Origin: Antedon mediterranea
Taxonomy: Eukaryota; Animalia; Echinodermata
Reading direction: 5' to 3'
Length of the DNA: 64,000 nt
Assembly: GCF_964355755.1 (NCBI RefSeq)
Contig: NC_092675.1
Span: 20,060,912-20,124,911 of the forward strand
The stretch's first letter is position 1; each line of letters starts with the position of its first letter. Under the pieces are notes generated by a model. That model was given only the letters and a program-made list of their open reading frames with translations. It was not told the DNA's origin and did no database searches. The position numbers and the translations under genes are program-made. Shown one piece after another: positions 24,501 to 36,928 of the stretch.

Positions 24501-27500
24501 AATATTTATTATTATCATTTTATTATTAAAATAAAATTAATATGTTACTGATAATTTTGTCTTAGTTATACTGGGTATAAATGTTTTTTACGTATTATTT
24601 TTAAATGTTGTAAAATGTCTGTTGACTTTATTTCTCATTCTTTTATAATTGTTTTTAAACCACATCGGGAAAACAGTAGACTAGTTATAATGTTGAAGTC
24701 TATGGAATATATTTAAAACGAAGAGTAAATAAAGGTTCCCCATTAAACTAAGCGCGATCTCTTTGTAGGGAGCCGACGAAGCAAGCGTGTGGGTTTTGGC
24801 CAACAAAATAAAGGTTCACCGAACCATGACCGAAATAATACCAGTCACCCAATTTGAGCACCGGGAGTCGCCGAGCCAGCAATCACGTTGGTTTTCAATA
24901 AAAATTAAAAAATAAAGGTCCATCAAACTGAACAGCTAAAAATAAACGCGATCTCAATTTGGAGGAGAATTTTATTAGCCAAGCACGTGGTGTTTCGGAA
25001 AACCCTATTAATAATCATCGTACATGGAGTATATACACTCTCGCTGTAGAAATACCGCCGGAGTCGCCGAGTCAGCTAAAAAATAAACGCGATCTCAATG
25101 TGGAGGAGAGCTCATTAGCCAAGCACGTGATATTTCGGAAAACCCTTAATAATTATCGTACAGACCTGTAGAAATACCAGTCACCCCTTTCAGCTTCGGA
25201 GTCGCCGAGCCAGCTAAAAATAAACTTATCGCAATGTGGAGCAGAGTTCATTGCCCAAGCACGTGGTAATACTATCCTATTACTATTAGGAGAACCTATT
25301 GTTCTTTGTTGTTTTGATTTGATTTCGTTCATAATAAATTGTTATCCACAGCCTTGCGTTTATATTATATGTAATTGTTTTTATCAATTTAAATAAAGTT
25401 ATTAATTATTATTAAATTTATAAAACCTTAGTATATCTTCCGTAGATTGTAATTGAAACAAGTTAAATATTCCCTACACATCAAGTGAAATCGCCCAAAT
25501 ATGATAGGCGCGCATACGCGACAACCAAGTTGCTTGGACTCGCTCACTATAGTGGAGGGTATTTTAAATGTATATTATAGTAAACATTTAATTCATATTT
25601 TATCTTGTCGAATAGCAACGTTAAATAAATAAACAAAATTATGTACTAATATTACACATTATTTTGTGTAATATGTTTTTTATTATAACTGAAATGAACC
25701 AAATACAATTCTTTTTTTTCCTACTGTAACAAATAGAATAGTCAAAAACGACGAATTTGTTTTTATTCTGAAAGTGGTTGTAAACTATGGACTTTTATCC
25801 CTATTTCTTGTGACAATAATTAAATAACTTTTTATTTTTCTGTGTCATATAGAAGCAATAACCAAATAGCAAACACATAATGTAAAATTTAAAGATTTTA
25901 TGGTAACTAATTGCTAATTATTTGCAAAATACTACACCAGTATAAGGTCTAGTACACTACGTAACAAGACACGGCGTATCTTCTACGATGTTACGCTGTA
26001 ACCTGCCTAGTGGAAAATGTTTTGCAATTTTGCTCATCAATTTGTTAAATATTAATCAATTATAGACATATCTGTTCATTGGGTATACATTATGAAGCTG
26101 CTATGAGATAAACAACATTCCTACCACATTAAAACAAATATCAACTATATAGTATCAACAAACTACCAACGTAACCGTGTCTCATTGTGTATACGACACC
26201 CAGTTTTTGACTATGATGTTGACGTAGAGTACGAAGATAGTTTTGGCGTTTAATTTTCTTGTATTTTTCATTATAACCCACTATTTTCTAAATTCTAAAA
26301 ACTTACAAAATAAAAATACACAAAACTTACATGCAATGAAGCGCGTAGAAGTTATTTACAACGTAACAGTTGAAACAACGTAACAGAGGGACACGAAAAG
26401 TCTCTACCGCTGTAACTCGAAATTAGCGCGGATCCTAGCGATGATTTTTTCGCCGAGACTTTAGTTCGCCTGCTTCTTGAATCACGTGACCTTCAACTTC
26501 AGAAATAGCTCTCGCGGCGTTCACCACCGATGGTCTATGAATAACTACGTAACGATTATACGAGACACGAAATGTTCTAAAAAAATAGTTTTTCGTCTGT
26601 AACTGACTAAATAAAATCGCCATTTTGTAGAACATTGTGTAAGGTAAATTTCAGTGATCTGTTGTAGTGAATGTAATTCGATTTTCGTCATTATAGTGGT
26701 ACTTCTTGTGTCTGTTCACTAATAAAGATCGTACTAACAACGTAACAAAGTGAGACACGAAATGTTACGTTGTGATGCTGGACGTCGCGGACCGTTGTGT
26801 GGAAAACAAAAAATCGTGGGAAATTGTAATTAGCTTATATTTAACGTTGCTTTGTACTCTATTGTGATGATAAATAAATACAAAATAACTATTGCTGTAG
26901 TATATTTTTTAAACTCTGATATGTCAGTGTATTTAAATGTCACACATATTTTAATAAAATGAGCTAGACACCACGATATATTTTTTTTAAAAATCGTTTT
27001 TTTTTGCAATTTTTTTTTTCCAACATGTAATAGTATTAACCCATATTATTGTTCTATCATATGATAAAATCATTTTTTAAATAACTATTACCAATTTAGA
27101 GTAAACAGCAAACTAACTATCACCAATACTAAAATACCCACTGGCCCCTTAATTTATGGAAACACCCTAGTATACAAAATATATCAAAACACTAGAGTAA
27201 AAAATAAAAACAAAATGGAATGAACCTACATTAAAATTACATACATGTACCATACCAATCAACCTTTGTACATTACATAGGAATGTGCTTTGTTTTTACA
27301 GTAGTTTAATATGTACTGCTCTTTTGTTACTGTTAAATATCATTATATCTTTTACACTGCAATTCAAGGAGATAGTACATTCTATTCATCGATGACAATA
27401 ACATGTAACAAAACGCACATGTTCACCAAAAAACAATAGATGAAAAAAATCTCAACCATAACTGAAACCTTACCATTAGACAACTGGGAATAATAGTAAC

Positions 27501-30500
27501 TGTTTAAAGCTCTGTTTACACTATTAAACTTTATGTGCCAAAAAATGTGATGTGCCCAATCTTAAAATCTACATAACAACCTTGCTATGAGATTCTACGT
27601 ACATGGGTCTTGATTAATAATGAAGCTAAGACCAATAGTAGATGGCAAAACCATAATGTATTTCCCCTGACCTAAGCATTGTGTTAATGGCTAGATTCTA
27701 GATTTTGTCAAGAGCTCTGTCTACACTATTACACTTTATATGACAAAAAAAATATGATGTCTCCAATTCCCGCTCCAATTGTGAGCAGTTCAAAATTGGT
27801 GAGCGGGTTCTACTTCACAGGGAACACTTTGATGGTCGACATAAACTGGTTGATAAATATTACGAAACGTCATACATTGTAACTGGTATAAATCAAGAAG
27901 GTGATGTTTACCAACTTAGACCAAGCAACATATAGACATGATGATGTCATACCACTACCATATTTGGGTATATCACTACTATATTTGGACTTTTTTGGTC
28001 AAACTAGTTTGATTGTGTAGACAGTGCTTAACATTCTTAAAATGGTATCGTGGAACAGTACTAGTAGTATAAAAGTAATTGTATTGGTTTTTTTTACACT
28101 TTTGAATTTCAAACAAAATATAGTATTTTTAACAGGGGTCCTTTATTGGTGTTTTTTTCTTAGTGGTCAGCATGACTGATTTTTGAAATTTCTTTAACAA
28201 ATGTTTTTATTGGTAATGGTTCTATCATGTAAAAATAATCATCGCACGGACACGTTTAGTCCTTACCTTAGTCTCAGGCGATTGGATGACTGTTAAAAAT
28301 GGTAATTTGTTTTTAGTTTGTTATATTCAAACCTCATAAATAATATTATATTTTATAAATGAAACTATTATTCCTTTTATTAACACTTAATTTCTGAATG
28401 CTTTTAGTATGATTACATTCAGAATTTTCCATTTCTTTTTTGAATTAAACAAATTTCATAATTGGAAATTTTATAATATATATAGAAGCAAATTAGAAGC
28501 AAAAAAATTGCCTCAACATAATTAAAATTGTTTGTTGCAGTCTGGTAATGTATTTTTGTAATATTGCAATACAAATTAAAAAATTGATATATCATTTGAA
28601 ATAAATGAGCCAATAATAGAATATCTACCTGCAATAATAGGACAAATAATTTATTGATAATTTTACACATGATATGCAAAGAAAACACTTTGAAAATTGA
28701 TTAAGTATAGTATTATACTGTTGCAAGTAGTAAAATAGTAGAGGATAAATGACTGTAAATTGCAAGCCTGTAACCAAGATGCGAGGGTGCTTGAGAGGGG
28801 AAGACATGGCTTTGGATTTAGCCTTTAAAATTATCCCAGGCTGCATGCAATAACCAATCTTCTAACCTTTTTTAAAAATTAAATGTCTGTAAAATTATCT
28901 TAAATTCTAGTTTAATTTACATTTTTATAAACAATATACAAGCATTTATATAGTACACTGAATTTGTTGGAGTAATATTACTTTTATTATTAGACTTTAA
29001 AAATTGTAATGGATTAATAACAGCGAAACTACTCTTGGGACACGACATGGGGCTACATGTACTAATCCTTTGTACTAAGATCGTGCTCTGTTATTTTAAC
29101 TACTTATTGATCATGATAAAGAGAAGACAAATACACATTAAGCGGCTTTGCTTGAATAAGCCCAATATTGATTCTGCTCTTTGGTAACTATAGCTTACTG
29201 GGTTGCTGTTGCCCAGCCATTGTTTGATGTGTTTGTTGCCTAGTGACACAAAGCCTTGATAAGTTTCAAAGGTTAAGTTTTGTACCTTATTAAAGAACTT
29301 TATATATTTTGATATTATTAAAAACAGAGTTGGTCAGTTTTTTTAAATTTATGATAGTGTATGGTATATTTATTATACAAATATAATATAGATTTTAATT
29401 TTACCTGGTAAAATTTCAAAGTTTAATGATAAAACATTCAGTTATTAAATAGATTTGTTTAAATGTTTCTATTAATTAATTGTAAAGATTTTGCTCAAAA
29501 ATAATTTGTTCATCAAAATTCATCTGAGTTTAGGCCATTTTGCACTTTTATGTCAACTCTGTTATAAATAATTAAATCAGAGATTACAGTGAAAAGATAT
29601 TACAAATTATATACTATGATATTTTCATGGACAGGTTTTACCTGGCTGCTATATTCACCATAACTATTTACCGAATTTGCTCTGCCCTAACTCTCAGTCT
29701 CAGCCCTTCAAGCTATTTCCCCCCTAATTTTCCAGTAATTGCCATTTCTTCAACTAAAAAAAAATATTTGGCAAAGATGTAGCAGGTTAACACGATGAAA
29801 AACAGTTCTAAAGTTGCTTGTATTTTTTCTAGCTTTTTCACTTTTTCACAAGTGAAGATAAAACTAATACATCAATCAATACGCTATTGATTTCATATTT
29901 CAATCTTCAATTCGGGCCAAGTTCTATTAGTTCTGTTATTGTTGTAATTTCTGAAAGCATCGTTACCATAGCAAATAATTAATAGAATATTGTTGTAACA
30001 TTGTAAATTTAATTATACGGTTCCTAATGCATTTCTGAATATATATAATTAAATAATGCAATTTTGTCATTGATACCATAGTAACAAAAACAAAATAACA
30101 CTGATAAAGGTGATTGTATAATTGTTACCAAGGCAATATATTTTCTATTTATACACTTTTATACAATTATGAAACCCTTTTGATACCAATTAATATATCA
30201 TTATCAATTACAGCAATTTGAAAAACTAAACGAAAACAACTGTCTTGAAAAGTTTATATTACTGGTTTACAATCAAGGAACTACATGTCAATATACTATC
30301 GAAACCAGAAGAAATGTTTTTACTATTATTACATGTGAATCTACAATAATAAACAATGTGTATAGCTTTGTATTTAAGATGTTATTGAAAACAAAATCAC
30401 TGTTAACTATTTTTCAAGTAGTATGTAATAATAGTATAGTAGCAAATCTTGGTCTTTACCCTTTAAATGTATAATGTATTCAATATTACAGTAGTGTTAC

Positions 30501-33500
30501 AACTTCTGTAGTTAGGCCCATGTTCAATCTTAGTGCTCCTATTTAAACTGTAATTATGCAAAAATATTTTGTGTTTTTAACAGTTATCGTCATTAGCAAT
30601 ACAGTACTCAATACTTTATTAAGCCTTGTCTACACTATCAAACTTTATTTGATAACAAATGTGATGTGGCCATATATATATGGACATGATGATGTCATAT
30701 CACTACCATATTTGGGCATATCACTACCATATTTAGGCATATCATACCTTTTTTGTTAAACAAGTTTGATAGTGTAGACGGAGCTTTAATAAAAATGACC
30801 ATCGTCACAGATGTAAATATTCTTATTTTTGTGTGAAGCTAATCAAATTAATGAAAGGAAGCTGATGTCTAAGTCCTAAATTCAGTTCTTTATTCAGAAT
30901 CCCTGCATTGACTATTTTTTATAGAGCGACATTTCAGCATCTGTTTTCTCAACCCTTCAAGTGTTTTACTTTTAATTAAAATTTATTTTATAGTTATACT
31001 TTAATTGACAGTAGGATTTGCTTTTAAAATGTTGACCATTTTATTACAAATTAACTGTCAAGTAATTGCGAATGTTAATTCTAATAACTGTCAAAATTAT
31101 TGGTTTTTAAATGAAAATCCATTTTTGAAATGTTCTTTGTAAACTGACTTTTATTTTCAAAATGAGTCGCATCAATTATTTCTTATAATCATCAAAACTT
31201 ATTTAAATGTTGTAAATTTATAGATTTTTAATATTTCAGGGTTTTGAAAATTGATTTTATGTAGCCATAATATAAATTGTTTAATTCACTAAAGCTCTGT
31301 GTACACTATCAAACTTTATGTGCCCATATATGGACATGATGTCATATCACTACCATATTTGGGCACATCACACTTTTTTGTCCAACTAGTTTGATAGTGT
31401 AGACAGAGTTTAAGTCCAGATTTCACAGGCCTATTTCCTGCTAGGCTTGAGATGGTGAGGTTGTACTCCTTGAATAAAGAACTTTATCTGATGGGACCAA
31501 AATGTACAATGCGTTTGTATTTTGAAGCATATTTAATCAACTATAGCAGAACAAGTACATTTACCAGTAATATTGGTTTTCTTTTGTTGATTGTTTTTTA
31601 TTTTGTGTATTTTTTTCTGAAGGTTTTAAAGAACTTGAAGGAAATGAGCTAAGTTAGTCAGATTGATGTGAATGTTCAGATTACTAATTAAAACTTAATA
31701 AAAAAGATGTATTTTCATTTTAAAATTGGCTACAAAATAAAAATGTATATTTATTTTTAATATAACTAATTTTATTTATACTATTATATATTTTAAGTAA
31801 TTAAGAAAAGGTTTGGACGAGATCTTGAAAAAGAGAATTATAAATTACAGTACAGTACAGTATATTCTTATTGAATACAGAACAAAAATAATTTATTCCT
31901 AATTTTGTATTTACTTCTAATGCAATTTAGATTGTTATTTTGGTCAATTTTGTGATGAAATACATCTTTAGGAATGTTAATATCAATGTCAGAGAAGTTT
32001 GATGTGCAACTTGTTTTGTCTTCCGTCACTACTAAATTAACAATTCATATCACGTCTCACTTACAACTACACAAAACTAATCCGACTGAAAAAAAAAATA
32101 AATTGTAATTATTTTTATGATTTTGATTGATTTTTGTATCATGGTAATAAAATTCTAGAAATTTCATGTACTCCGGCTATAAATGAATGACGTTGAAATG
32201 AGTTATCTATAATTTCAACCAATCTTTCCTGGGATTCATCATCCTCAGTATTGTTTGTTTGTTTCAATCATGGAGTAAAGAATAATTATTTTAAAACATT
32301 GAATACAGAGTAATGTTAATGTAAATAAAAAGGAGTGTGGAGAGGGGTCAAAATAAGAAACACCTTAAGATTTAACCCCTATAAAATTATGTGAACTATG
32401 GTACAAGGAAACAGCACAGTGGCATGATGCACAGGGCAAAGGCACTCCTAAGGGGCCCTCCAACGCTGGGTAGTTGCATTGCACTGCTCATGCTCTGGGG
32501 CCCCTTGAGTTTTCTGTGCTCCCTGGGTTTAGCTAGTAAGCGCTCAAAGCCGTTACAACACTGGAACACCAATTGATGGAATAGGTCCTTTTATGGTGCA
32601 GTGTAGAAAATGATCTTGTCATTCTTATATGTTGGGATATTATCTCCAACGGTATAGTTGTTCAGCACTGTAAACTTATCATTATTCAGTCTAATTATTT
32701 TGACCATGATAATACCAGAGTCCTTGGTAGTATCACCCTAGATCTATTTGTGTAATAAGACTGGCTTGATAACTTGTTTTGACGTGACAATAACAAGATA
32801 ATTGACTACTTTGTGTACCTGAAAATGATTTACTATTTTAATAGAGACGTCTATGATATTAAGTATATATAATCTTGCACCTGCTAGGCATTCAATTTGC
32901 ACATATAACATACATGTTACATTAATTGAATTTTGTTAGATAAGATTTTAATCTCTATCTAAGTAGTTTTGATTATTTGGGTTATTGACATTTATTGTAA
33001 GTTTATTTTGTTATGTTCGTAAATTGCAGTTCGGTGTTTTTCTAACAGCAACAAAATACAACATCATAGTTTATTTAACATTTCTTTTGAAGCAGCAGTA
33101 AAGCAAATAATTAAACCAACAAACTGAGGAGGAGCAGTTTTCTGGCATGTTTTCTTTGCCTAGAAAACGATAGACTAATATAATATTCCATTGCTGTCAC
33201 ATATTTTATTAGTGCATGTTATTTCAATAGCTAATGAGATTGTGCTGTTCCATCTCATCTTGAATGTAAACAATATCCAGCATTTTAAAACACATTTCAC
33301 TGTTATTGTCAATTCAAAGAATTGGCTTACAATTCAGTGTTTGTCCAGCAGGGATGTTTTATCTCCCAGGTGTGTCCATGAATTAAATTTAAAATAAATT
33401 TGCACTTGTACACGTACAATCAAAACATTGTGGTGAGACATATGAAGTTATTAATGCATGAGTGCTTCTGAAATCTGAAAGATGTTGATACTAAAAATTG

Positions 33501-35254
33501 ATCTACAGTATAATAAAGAATAATATTATTGTATTATTAAATTTCAAATGTATTGTCTTGCAGCTAGAGACTATTGGAAGAAACAATACTTTGAAGCTAA
33601 GAAGCAGACAAGCCCACATGAGGAGACGATTAACAAGCTACGACAACAGGTAGAGGGAGCTCACCGTAAACTGATGGCAATGATGGAAGGACGCATACAA
33701 CAAAAGAAGGTGCCACCATCTCAAAAGGTAGTCTAAAGCATCTCTTTGATTATATGATGTGACATTCCCATTAAAGGCCAATTTACACAGATGACCGGTA
33801 ACAAAAATATAGAATCTATGTTATTCATTATTACCATTTACACACAGCACGGAGCGGAAGCGTGGTTTCCGATGAGGATAGATACAAATTCTATGTGGAA
33901 GAAGCTACACGGTTTTCCGCTTGCCGTTACCGCTCGTCTGTAAATTGGACTTAATATTGAGTGCTTTAAAATAATGTTAGGCTGTAATAATGCTGTGTTT
34001 ACAAATCAGGTAGTTGGTACCACAAAACAGGAACTTATTCAAATCTAGTCCGCCATGAACGTAATTGGGTAGCAATTAAAATGTTTGTGTGACCAGCATG
34101 ATTTCCATAGAATTCTGTGTTTATATAACATATACTATACAGCTCAAAATGACTAGTAATGTATCTACCCTGCAAGATGGACAACCATAAGAAACTTGTT
34201 AAAGTAATGTTTATGATGGATTCATTTAGGTGCATCATAGGCGTTTCGTAAACGCACACTAGAACTAGAATTATCACTAGAGGGCAGTAAACTATTTCAA
34301 GTTAAAATCAGAAAGTTTTGAATGTCAGAATATTGTCAAATGTTAATACAATCTGCATTGTTTTGATTTTTAAAACAAAATTAATTGTTTTTTTTACATT
34401 TTTTTCTTCTTCTTCTTCTTCAGAACAATCACAAGATAAATATTGCTAAAGGTCAACATGATCTGGAAGATTTAAGACGGAGAGTTGAAAATGCTAAAAT
34501 GAGGCTGACATCAGAAATGAAAGTAATTGTGTAATTGGGATATTTACTTTTTATCATGTCAGATTTTAAATAAGTCTAAAGCTACACTATCAAACTATGA
34601 TAACTATGATATGTGATGTGCCCAAATATGGTAGTGATATACCCAAATATAGTAGTGATATGACATCATCATGTCCATAAATGGGCACATCACATTTTTT
34701 TTCACATATATTTTGATAGTGTGAACACTGACATGAGGGCACATTATTCCAGTCAACCTTCTTCCAAACTAACGACATTTTAGAATTTCTAATCTGGTTT
34801 TCAAATGAATAAATTTGACCTTAGATGCTTTTCAAAAAGTTTGCAGGTTTCTGGGAAGTACATTTTTTTAGTGTATGTCAATGGGAGGTTTAAACTGTAA
34901 ATAGCCACATTATAATAAACATTGTTGGACAGCAGAAGGCTTTACACTGTTATGTATTTTTTATTTTTTGGTGAAAATGGAAAAATAAGTTTTTTAAAAA
35001 TGTGTTAAGTAATGTATTTTATTTGTTTTCAGCTGAGAAACCAGGCTGAGAAGGAATTAAGAATACTAAAGAATGAGTTAACGCAAAAGAAAATACACGT
35101 TACTCTCACACGTTCCCAGCAGCTTGCAATACTTAAAGAGTCAGAGGAAGGTTTACTATCGTCACGGACACCACATTCCTACATGACCCCTGTACCTCGA
35201 CGCACCCCAGTTGCCCCTAACCACCTTAGACAATCTACGACCTCACATCCTTAG
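9533..35254 (+). CDS. SPATA1: Spermatogenesis-associated protein 1
   Basis: Exons 9533-9577, 11484-11590, 11757-11874, 15116-15169, 15497-15701, (17462-17911 candidate cassette), 18120-18693, 18856-19447, 20999-21131, 21908-22033, 33564-33727, 34424-34522, 35033-35254, all phase-compatible. N-terminal LVDLHVYVVP...ISAGFVRV...FLRSVG...KVKHFLPPY and C-terminal coiled coil ARDYWKKQYFEAKK...LRNQAEKELRILKNELTQKK match SPATA1. Confidence 0.88.
10188..10525. mobile_element. MITE with ~53-bp TIRs and TAA TSD
   Basis: TAA|TGCACTTGTCAATTGTATGACTCACTATACGACCCCCGGGAGAGGTGCGTCAT ... ATGACGCACCTCTCCCGGGGGTCGTATAGTGGGTCATACAATTGACAAGTGCA|TAA. Confidence 0.92.
12450..12628. mobile_element. MITE family B (GGCCA[A/G]TTTACACAGA TIR)
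   Basis: GGCCAGTTTACACAGA...TCTGTGTAAATTGGCC; a second copy in opposite orientation at 33776-33950. Confidence 0.8.
13931..14612. mobile_element. Foldback-like non-autonomous DNA element with modular TIRs
   Basis: Left arm ~13931-14058 of TCAA[G/C]TCGGCC subrepeats is mirrored by right arm ~14438-14612 (GGCCGA[G/C]TTGA). Confidence 0.88.
15218..15413. mobile_element. Small TIR element with 12-bp GGGGTAGATCCA tandem repeats
   Basis: CAGGGGTAGATCCAGG start, five to six 12-bp units, GTAGATCCGACCTTG end. Confidence 0.55.
22718..22792. repeat. (TCYR)n tetranucleotide microsatellite
   Basis: TCTA/TCTG/TCCG runs. Confidence 0.85.
22870..27167. mobile_element. 4.3-kb non-autonomous DNA transposon, Sola2-like termini
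   Basis: 26-bp TIR GGGTGTTTCCATAAAT[A/T]AAGGGGCCA (one mismatch), 4-bp direct repeat TAGT on both flanks, no transposase ORF recognised. Confidence 0.8.
27713..28028. mobile_element. MITE family A copy carrying a ~165-bp internal insertion
   Basis: AGCTCTGTCTACACTAT...GTTTGATTGTGTAGACAGTGCT ends; family interior interrupted at ~27767-27929. A partial copy lies at ~27507-27560. Confidence 0.85.
30621..30786. mobile_element. MITE family A copy
   Basis: AGCCTTGTCTACACTATCAAACT...AGTTTGATAGTGTAGACGGAGCT TIRs. Confidence 0.9.
31292..31411. mobile_element. MITE family A copy (short)
   Basis: Same TIRs with a single internal unit. Confidence 0.9.
33776..33950. mobile_element. MITE family B copy
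   Basis: GGCCAATTTACACAGA...CGTCTGTAAATTGGAC; interior is the reverse complement of the 12450 copy. Confidence 0.8.
34579..34727. mobile_element. MITE family A copy
   Basis: CTACACTATCAAACT...TTTGATAGTGTG with family interior. Confidence 0.85.
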
Positions 35255-35400
35255 TCATTTCTTTTTTATATAAATTTGAATTTTACATAATGAAATAAAG
35301 ATTTATGCTTTCAAATATATATGCATTTTATGTCTACTTAAAGCAGGGATATGATATCTTCAAAGCTGTTTGTCAGATGTTGCTATGGGCCATATACAGT

Positions 35401-35513
35401 AGCTCTGTCTACACTATCAAACTAGTTTGACGAAAAAAGTGTAATGTGCCCAAATATGGTATGGAAACATCACATTATTTTGTCACATAAAGTTTGATAT
35501 TGTAAACAGAGCT
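35401..35513. mobile_element. MITE family A copy (internally deleted)
   Basis: AGCTCTGTCTACACTATCAAACT...AGTTTGATATTGTAAACAGAGCT. Confidence 0.9.
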
Positions 35514-35706
35514 TTAGACTAAGCAGTAACTAAGCCTAAACAGAATATAATTGAGATGAGTTTAAGCTTGTGTTGGTTATCAGCAAGTATTATACTGTAG
35601 TGTTTGATTTTCAAATTTCATGTTGCCCATTTTTTTTTTCCACAATTATTATTTGTTTAGTTAATTTTCAAATCAAAATGGTAATTTACGTTGCATACAA
35701 ATGTTG

Positions 35707-35852
35707 CACTTATGGCTACCTGTCTATTGACTATAGACATCAAGATGTCTATATGTTCCACTTATGGCTACCTGTCTATTGACTATAGACATCAAGATGT
35801 CTATATGTTCCACTTATGGCTACCTGTCTATTGACTATAGACATCAAGATGT
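35707..35852. repeat. 52-bp tandem repeat, ~2.8 identical copies
   Basis: Unit CACTTATGGCTACCTGTCTATTGACTATAGACATCAAGATGTCTATATGTTC starts at 35707, 35759, 35811. Confidence 0.95.
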
Positions 35853-36928
35853 GTACTACTAAGAATCACAATTGTGCTGCAGTAAATTTTGCCTGCATTT
35901 ATCTATCTATGCCATGCACCAAGTAGTATAAATAGTTGGACTATTCTGTATTCATTTCATAAACAAACTCACTTAATTTTGTGCTAAGGATGTTTAAATG
36001 AGACCCCGGAATTTGCCCATTTTTTAGTTAATGAACATGACATGTTCAGGACATAGTTTTCATCATACAAACATCAAATGATATCAGAGAGTAATGTTTA
36101 TTATTAACAAATGTAATTAAAGTCAATACCTATGTTTACATATTTGTATTTAATAGACTGTGTAAGATATTTATTTTCTTTAATATTTGTATATTAATTC
36201 ACTGTATTTATGTAATATTCTATCTATTGTATATAAAAGTGTATATTATAAATATTGTTTGACTGAAAGCTTTGATCAAATAGAATAAGAGACAAAAATA
36301 ATAATATTACAATAAGTACTTTGTAGGTTAACTCTTAAAATATCAATAAATACAACACTTAAATACTTATACAATAAATGTAATGACAATGTCATTGACA
36401 TCATTATTGAACATTAAATTTTAGAATTGTTTTTACTTTAAAGCTAATTAATAATGGTAGTTTTGAAAAGGTTAGATTTTCTATTCGTTGTCGAAAAAGT
36501 CCTAACGTTGATATATGTGTTCAGTAGGGTCTAAAGAACACATTTCATCAAAAAACCTTTTCTTGCAATTTGTGTGAGAAAAGGGTCATTTTTTAGCTAA
36601 ATCCCATGAACTACTACTTCCCCAAGTACCATTTAATAAGAATGATATTTATTTTATTGGAATAGTTAGAGATACTTTAGCTCTTATTTACTTGATTCTT
36701 TGTATTAACTCTTCCAATACAGGACTGGACCAAACAGATTGAGGTCAAAAGAGTCTCAAATAAAATTAAATAAATTAAAAACATTACCAGAAAACCAACC
36801 ATATTTGGCCAAGGGTGTCCAGTATTAGGAGAGTTGACTGTTACAAATAATTAAATTTTATTTAGACAATAAATTTAAAATAAATAAATTTAAAATAAAT
36901 TTTATTTATTTTATGGCTTTTAATTGTT

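Noticed and set aside
26435-26635. 66-aa ORF inside the 4.3-kb element as a possible transposase piece
   Set aside because: No DDE/D or DNA-binding motif recognised.
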